Source: SAR324 cluster bacterium
Lineage (GTDB): Bacteria > SAR324 > NAC60-12
Direction of reading: 5' to 3'
Assembly (NCBI GenBank): GCA_022448485.1
Contig: JAKUUI010000004.1
Location: 5,715 to 69,714 of the forward strand
Length of the DNA stretch: 64,000 nt
Positions 58,673 to 64,000 of the stretch are shown piece after piece (within the stretch, counting starts at the first letter, position 1; every line of letters begins with the position of its first letter). Position numbers and translations under genes: made by a program. The notes beneath the pieces are model-generated. The model made no database searches. It was given only the letters and a program-made list of their open reading frames with translations, and was not told the origin of the DNA.

Positions 58673-59848
58673 TTAACTGTCAACACCAACCGCATCTGTC
58701 ACAGAGTTGAAACCGTCTTTCTTCAACAATTTTTCCAGTTCCCGTTTAATTTTGTTGACGAGTCCGGGCCCTTCATAAATCAGTGCCGTGTAAATTTGCA
58801 CTGCCGATGCGCCAGCCCTTATTTTTTCGTAGGCATCTTTGCCTCTAAATATGCCGCCCACACCAATAATCGGCACCTCCTTCCCCAATTCCTGGAACAA
58901 GTTCCGGATCACCTCTGTACTACGTTTCCGCAGCGGTTTCCCGCTCAGGCCTCCGTTTTCATGCCGATATTGACTTTTTAGTTCAGGACGCTCTACAGTT
59001 GTGTTTGTTGCAATCACACCTTGAATGGAAAACTGCTGAATGGCTTGAAGACTGTTCTCCAATTCTTCCTGGTGCAGATCAGGAGCTAGTTTAACCAGCA
59101 GAGGCGTGTTCCGGAGATGATTCTGGTCAAGTTTGTCACGCCGGGCACAGACAGAGTCAAGTAAACCGTGCAGCGCGTCTTTTTCCTGTAGATTTCGCAA
59201 ATCTTCAGTGTTTGGTGAACTGATATTGATAGTGAAATAATCTGCAAAAGGATGGAGAGTACTTAGAGCAGATACATAATCTTCTGCAGCTTTGTCCAGA
59301 GGAGTATCTTTGTTTTTTCCAATATTTATGCCAAGTATTCCTGATGAAATGTTTGCCGGATAATCGCTGGAATCTTCAAAAAAACTAGCCTCTTCAGGCT
59401 TAATTATTTTTGTCCTAGAGACTAATCTTTCTGCCATTTTCCAGGCACCCTGATTGTTGAAACCCATGCGGTTGATCAAAGCATGATCTTCAAGCAGGCG
59501 GAAAAGCCGGGGATGCGGATTCCCGGATTGCGGAAGCGGAGTAACAGTGCCGATTTCCACAAAACCAAAACCGAGGGCAAATAATACAGGATGTATCCGT
59601 CCGTCTTTATCAAAACCTGCAGCAAGTCCGACTGGATTTTGCAGAGTACTGCCAAAAAGCCTGCTGCGCAAAACAGTGGATTCCTCACGGAATTGCCAGC
59701 GTAAAAATGCAAGTAATCCTGGAATCCTTGAAATGCTTTCAATGCTTGAAAGCATCCGCTCGTGTGCGGTTTCCGCGTCACCCGTAAAAAAGAGTGGCCG
59801 TAGTTGTCGAAAAATAAAATCAAAGGGTAGCTTCAATTTTCTTCCCAT
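58673..59848 (-). CDS. pyrD: Dihydroorotate dehydrogenase (quinone), class 2
   Basis: N-terminal membrane-association helix extension, FMN-binding GLAAGFDK...NRMGFNN and GVIATNTT motifs. Confidence 0.9.
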   Translation of the reverse strand: MGRKLKLPFDFIFRQLRPLFFTGDAETAHERMLSSIESISRIPGLLAFLRWQFREESTVLRSRLFGSTLQNPVGLAAGFDKDGRIHPVLFALGFGFVEIGTVTPLPQSGNPHPRLFRLLEDHALINRMGFNNQGAWKMAERLVSRTKIIKPEEASFFEDSSDYPANISSGILGINIGKNKDTPLDKAAEDYVSALSTLHPFADYFTINISSPNTEDLRNLQEKDALHGLLDSVCARRDKLDQNHLRNTPLLVKLAPDLHQEELENSLQAIQQFSIQGVIATNTTVERPELKSQYRHENGGLSGKPLRKRSTEVIRNLFQELGKEVPIIGVGGIFRGKDAYEKIRAGASAVQIYTALIYEGPGLVNKIKRELEKLLKKDGFNSVTDAVGVDS

Positions 59849-60411
59849 GCTTCAGATTCAAAGGCTTGAAGTTTAGCTTCGGCATCCCGCCAGCTGCCTT
59901 TCGGTAAATTTGCTTTGCGACACAGTTCATCTAGAAAAGTGAGGCGGTCCCAGTCTTGTGAAACTGCAACTTCCGGTAAAAAAAGTCCTCCGTAAGATCC
60001 TTTATTAATCAGCAATCCGTGTTTTCCAACTTCCACATCTTCAGGGTTCATGGGGGTCATCGGTGAGAGCACATTTATTTCAATGAGCAGGTCCGGTAAT
60101 TCATCGAGTGTCACCGGAGGAAAACGTGAATCATTTACCGCGGATGAAATTGCGGTTTTCGCAACGGCCTCGATTAAGGGGTAGCGTGCTTCAGTCTGTC
60201 CGATACATCCACGCAAATTCCCGGAATCTAATTTTCTCAGCGTCACGAATACCGCCCGTTTTTCGAGCAATTCAGGAGTTTCAGTTGTAAATTCAGTTCG
60301 TTTTTCATTTTCCAGAAAATTTTCCAGTGATTCTCGCGCAACTTGCAACAGTCTGTGCCTGCTTTCAGCAGAGTATTGAACAGTCATCTGGTCTCGGGTG
60401 TCTATGATCAA
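59833..60411 (-). CDS. AmmeMemoRadiSam system protein A (AMMECR1 domain)
   Basis: 192 aa with the AMMECR1 signature RGCIGQ (...LRGCIGQTEARYPL...). Overlaps the pyrD start by 16 nt. Confidence 0.85.
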   Translation of the reverse strand: MIIDTRDQMTVQYSAESRHRLLQVARESLENFLENEKRTEFTTETPELLEKRAVFVTLRKLDSGNLRGCIGQTEARYPLIEAVAKTAISSAVNDSRFPPVTLDELPDLLIEINVLSPMTPMNPEDVEVGKHGLLINKGSYGGLFLPEVAVSQDWDRLTFLDELCRKANLPKGSWRDAEAKLQAFESEAWEEN

Positions 60412-60842
60412 GGTAGTGATGAATATTAAGAAAAGTGTAGCATAAATTTACGGATTTGAAAAAAAACCTCAGTAATTTTTTTTTGACTTATAGACTTCAG
60501 CTTTTATGATGCGTGCTAGGGAGGGTTTATCTATTAGTCAGCTATGTTAGGTTCCTTGCTACAGATGTGAAAACGAACAGGGGGATTGGTCATTATCAGC
60601 AGTTCCCTTCTTTTGCTTTAAGATGAGCTTAAAAGTGGTAGACAAAAGATTATTTATGTTCATGTGCAATTTGACAGTAACATTCCCCGCCTTTTATCGA
60701 CTTCATCCCTGCTCTTCCAGAGCTGTCCGAAGGCTCGACACTCTTTTTATTGACTATCCCCAACATAGATGATTCCAGCAAAAACTTGCCGTTATTTCTG
60801 GAAAGTGGATAATAGCGTTTTATAAGTCTAATTTATTTCAGA

Positions 60843-61643
60843 ATGGATAAAATGAGTTTTCAAACTTTAATTTTAACAATTGACGAGCGTCAAATTGCCA
60901 CACTCACCCTTAACCGTCCGGATGTTCATAATGTACTGAGCCTGGAAATGATCCGTGAACTGCGGAAAGCAGTCGCAGATTTAAATACAAATCAGGAGGT
61001 TCGAGCTGTAATTTTGGCTGGTTCTGGAAAGTCTTTTTGCGCTGGAGCTGATTTGCACTGGATGCAGGAAATAGCGGGGCAAAAACGTGAGGACAGAATT
61101 GCCGAGGCCACTGAGTTATCAGAAATGCTTGGTGAATTGGATCAGCTCAGCAAACCGTTAATCGGGCGCATCAACGGTTTGTCTTTTGGCGGCGCTGTCG
61201 GCTTGATTGCCTGTTGTGATATTGCAGTTGCAGTTGAAGATGCTTTATTTTCACTGACTGAAGTTTTGCTGGGCTTGCTTCCTGCAACAATTTCTCCGTT
61301 TGTTTTACGACGGATTGGTGCGTCAAATGCACGGCGTGTAATGTTAAACGCGCATCGGTTTTCTGCAGAGGAAGCGGTTCATTTAGGTTTAATCGCAAAA
61401 GCTGTCTCTACTGATAAACTGGACGAGGCTATTGAAAAAGAAATCAAAGAACTGCTGCGCTGCGCTCCGGAAGCAGTTTCTGCTACAAAGCGTCTCATCG
61501 CAGAGGTAAGAGAAAAAGAGCCTCAGGACGTACGTAGTGCTACAATTGAAAAGTTGGCAAATGCCTGGGAATCTGAATCTATCAAGGAAGGCATCGATGC
61601 CTTTTTCAGCAAACGCAAACCTGCCTGGAATCCTGAAGATTAG
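60843..61643 (+). CDS. Enoyl-CoA hydratase/isomerase family protein (methylglutaconyl-CoA hydratase-like)
   Basis: LTLNRPDVHNVLS, GSGKSFCAGADL, FGGAVGLIACCD, and a C-terminal trimerisation helix. Confidence 0.85.
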   Translation: MDKMSFQTLILTIDERQIATLTLNRPDVHNVLSLEMIRELRKAVADLNTNQEVRAVILAGSGKSFCAGADLHWMQEIAGQKREDRIAEATELSEMLGELDQLSKPLIGRINGLSFGGAVGLIACCDIAVAVEDALFSLTEVLLGLLPATISPFVLRRIGASNARRVMLNAHRFSAEEAVHLGLIAKAVSTDKLDEAIEKEIKELLRCAPEAVSATKRLIAEVREKEPQDVRSATIEKLANAWESESIKEGIDAFFSKRKPAWNPED

Positions 61644-61656
61644 ATGTCTAGAAAAA

Positions 61657-62316
61657 ATGATTATTAAAGTTGCCCAAATTAACTCAGTATTCCTTTTTGC
61701 CGGCTTGATGATCATCCTGCCCGATACAGCCGATGCTGCCAGGCCAGCCAAGTTACCATCTCTGGAGTCACTCTCCTCACCATTGTCCACAGAAAAGAAT
61801 TTAGCTCCTCCTACCGTTTTTGGCGGTGTAGGCAGAAAATTACCGACCTGGCAAGCTGGCTTTGACTTGCTTTTACTAAGCACACCGCATTACAGCGCAT
61901 TCCGTAATCGTCTTGAGTTAAGAAATCATGTTTATTGGGGAGAATGGTGGTACAATGACCGTTGGGGAATAAAAGGACTGTTTTCAGAACAATCCTTTCG
62001 GATGTTCAGCGCCACTGGAAACCGTTCTGAGTCCAAAACCAGTCATCTGGGAGCCTTGGCAAAAACTCAACATTCACTGACTGATTCCTGGAAGATAAGT
62101 GCAGGCCTGGGGGTGGTGAAAACAGAGCTTGCTCTTGGCTCTCAGCTTAAACAAGGCAATTCTTTAGTGACTGAATTCCGGATGGGAATGGAAATGTCCG
62201 CCAACTTTTGGACGGAGGTAGGAATCTTGACCATAGACAGTGCCAGCGGAAGCGGTTCTGAAGATCAGCGCCTTGGTTCTACCGGTTATTTGATTGGTTT
62301 GAGCTATGGTTTCTGA
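61657..62316 (+). CDS. Small outer-membrane beta-barrel protein (putative)
   Basis: Signal peptide MIIKVAQINSVFLFAGLMIILPDTADA, amphipathic beta-strand periodicity, and C-terminal LSYGF aromatic terminus. The start is set at the internal Met so it does not overlap the upstream gene. Confidence 0.55.
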   Translation: MIIKVAQINSVFLFAGLMIILPDTADAARPAKLPSLESLSSPLSTEKNLAPPTVFGGVGRKLPTWQAGFDLLLLSTPHYSAFRNRLELRNHVYWGEWWYNDRWGIKGLFSEQSFRMFSATGNRSESKTSHLGALAKTQHSLTDSWKISAGLGVVKTELALGSQLKQGNSLVTEFRMGMEMSANFWTEVGILTIDSASGSGSEDQRLGSTGYLIGLSYGF

Positions 62317-62354
62317 ACTGACTTCAGCATATTAATAATTTAGAACAGGAGATT

Positions 62355-63914
62355 ATGCAGTTACCAAATATAGAGGAAATGTCATCAGAAGAAAAAAAAT
62401 GGTTTGCATACTCAATTGCCGGAATGGTTGTTGCTGATGGCCGTGCTCATCAGTCTGAAATGAAATTTCTGCGGGAGGCCATAAATTTTTTGGATGACAA
62501 AGATGAAATTAATAAACTGATGGCTATCATTAAAAATGCCAAACCTCCGGAAATGAGCCCCCTGGATATAGAGCCAAAGCAGGCCTTCCTGATGCTTAAA
62601 TATCTTGCGCAGTTGATGGTGGCAGATTCTGATTTGGCTACAAAAGAAATCAGTTTTTTCCTCTTAACGGGAAAATTATTGGGGTTTAACAATGAAATTC
62701 TGACAAAACTCTGGAAAAGTGCCCGTTCTCTGCTGGAAAAGGATTTGCCGCAGGGAATTATAGAGACAGGAAAAATAAAGGCTAAAGTGAGTTTGGCTAA
62801 AGTTGATGAAAATGGTTTCTCTTTTCGGCTGGGGCAAGCCCTGATGCCAAAAGCAAAAATATCACTTCAGGTCTGTAAGCCTAATTCTTCAGATACGCCG
62901 GCAGGAGAAGATGATGAATACTGGGACGATCTTACATGCAGAATGCTCAAGCAGCATCAGGTAAAATACGATGAAGGCTGCTACCTGGTGAAGGCGGCTT
63001 TTGAGCAAAAAATTGGAGAAAATCACGGAATTTTTCAGATCATTAATCCTGAAATGTATGCTGTAGTTTCAGACGGTGGATATATTGAGACAAAGAAAAA
63101 TTCAATATTGGGTAGTATCTTACGTTGTTATATCTGCGATAATCCTGAAGTTTCATTCTTTGAACTGCACTCCAAGAGTATGATTGCTGATCCTAATATT
63201 TTTGGAATTCTTTCTTATGTCAGGCCTGCAGGTAAGTTGGATTTTTGTGATTTTAATCTCATCCAGGTTGCCTCGTGCTCTGAATGTGGTTTCTCCAGTA
63301 ATAACAAAGAGCATTTTAACCGTACAAAATCAGAAAAACCAGCGTTTTCTGTAGAAAAGTTTTCCAAAGGCTGGGAAGAGAAAATTGCACCGTTGCTGAA
63401 AAAAGCACGGGGGGCAGGAGAAGCATTTTATAGTGAAGATCGAGATATAAAACAGTGTATCCTCTCTTATGATATGGGCGTTGCAACATGTGAACAAATG
63501 ACCAGCATTGCCACAAATGACCAGCAGAAAGGGTCAGCCCTCCGTAAAGAAGCTTCAATGCTGATGATTCAAGCTGAAATACTGATGGAAAACCAGGACA
63601 GGGATGCCGCTGAAGCAAACTTGAAAAAGGTTGTTGATACATTGGAACCCATTTTTGAAAGGCTGAAGGGAGTTGATATGATTCATGTGTGTGTATTATT
63701 ATTTCAGATTAAAATCTACCTCAATGAATTACAATCCGCCGCACAGTATATGAAATTTATGGACAACTATGATCCAGATGGAAAACTTGAAGAAGGTACT
63801 GCAGAGTTTAAGGAACTGAAAGTAAGTTCAGCTAAACTCAAAGCCACATTTGATGATCGTGAATTTCTTACAAAGGAGGCAATGAATCATTTTCATCTGG
63901 ACGAAGAAGAGTAA
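62355..63914 (+). CDS. Multidomain protein: TerB-like N-terminal domain, central beta-rich (PilZ-like?) segment, and DUF2225 zinc-ribbon plus TPR-like C-terminal region
   Basis: N-terminus WFAYSIAGMVVADGRAHQSEMKFL...LAQLMVADSDLATKEISFF (TerB fold pattern). Then CYICDNPE...(40 aa)...CSECGFS (DUF2225-like ribbon) followed by helical repeats. Confidence 0.6.
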   Translation: MQLPNIEEMSSEEKKWFAYSIAGMVVADGRAHQSEMKFLREAINFLDDKDEINKLMAIIKNAKPPEMSPLDIEPKQAFLMLKYLAQLMVADSDLATKEISFFLLTGKLLGFNNEILTKLWKSARSLLEKDLPQGIIETGKIKAKVSLAKVDENGFSFRLGQALMPKAKISLQVCKPNSSDTPAGEDDEYWDDLTCRMLKQHQVKYDEGCYLVKAAFEQKIGENHGIFQIINPEMYAVVSDGGYIETKKNSILGSILRCYICDNPEVSFFELHSKSMIADPNIFGILSYVRPAGKLDFCDFNLIQVASCSECGFSSNNKEHFNRTKSEKPAFSVEKFSKGWEEKIAPLLKKARGAGEAFYSEDRDIKQCILSYDMGVATCEQMTSIATNDQQKGSALRKEASMLMIQAEILMENQDRDAAEANLKKVVDTLEPIFERLKGVDMIHVCVLLFQIKIYLNELQSAAQYMKFMDNYDPDGKLEEGTAEFKELKVSSAKLKATFDDREFLTKEAMNHFHLDEEE

Positions 63915-64000
63915 TGCTAATATGGTTGAACAGGCACGAGACGAACGGGATCAGGCAGGCAGCGGAAATAAAGACAAACTAATCTTGCTGCTTCTCAGAA

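Noticed and set aside
61537-61656. Upstream extension of the OMP ORF (start at 61537) overlapping the crotonase gene by 107 nt
   Set aside because: The extension has no signal peptide character and overlaps the well-supported 3' end of the enoyl-CoA hydratase gene. The internal Met at 61657 gives a canonical signal peptide.

Overview
This 64 kb window is a chromosomal segment from a diderm (Gram-negative-type) bacterium with moderate GC content by eye. Its taxon cannot be determined from the sequence alone. The diderm call rests on the lipoprotein lipoboxes, LspA, an Slt70-type lytic transglycosylase and a small beta-barrel outer membrane protein. Most of the window is densely packed housekeeping genes. 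The core set is a partial amn, trmFO, an acyl-CoA carboxylase biotin carboxylase subunit, a rarA-family gene with an unusual C-terminal methyltransferase-like extension, ligA and galU. It continues with an slt-type lytic transglycosylase, alr, an LtaS/OpgB-like sulfatase-fold membrane protein, and the operon-like runs rplY-pth-ychF and rpsF-rpsR-rplI-dnaB. The second half carries a YdiJ-like giant FAD/Fe-S oxidase, ksgA, moaA, an AlsS-like TPP enzyme, pyk, hisS-lspA, a family 4 UDG, hslVU, pgsA, hemA-hemC, an FprA-like reductase and pyrD. I found no rRNA, tRNA or CRISPR array. The less ordinary content is listed next. (1) The AmmeMemoRadiSam system (AMMECR1, MEMO1 and a radical SAM enzyme, function still unknown) is split: B and the radical SAM enzyme sit tail-to-tail at 0.6-2.5 kb, while A sits 58 kb away overlapping pyrD. 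(2) Two genes appear decayed: a small multihaem c-type cytochrome with three haem-motif sites in one frame broken by two in-frame stops at 13.4-13.8 kb, and an ACR3 arsenite-transporter N-terminal remnant at 6.3-6.6 kb beside a DUF2007 protein and a lone REP-associated tyrosine transposase (RAYT). (3) Several enzyme homologues lack their catalytic signature residues: an EAL-like protein, a trans-polyprenyl-synthase-like protein, an Lpd/SthA-family flavoprotein without redox cysteines, and an S41-like peptidase with Cys at the Ser-motif positions. (4) There are two paralogous small Cys-containing lipoproteins, a TerB-N plus DUF2225 zinc-ribbon/TPR multidomain protein next to a small outer membrane protein, and a candidate Moco riboswitch ahead of moaA. 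(5) Several GC-rich palindromic or direct repeats lie in intergenic regions. None of these constitutes a demonstrably new system from sequence alone. The most plausible candidates for an undescribed functional module are the block at 28.9-37.2 kb (degenerate EAL protein, FG-GAP propeller lipoprotein, CcsA/YpjD-family membrane protein, dead polyprenyl-synthase homologue, crotonase, YdiJ-like oxidase) and the RarA-methyltransferase fusion.
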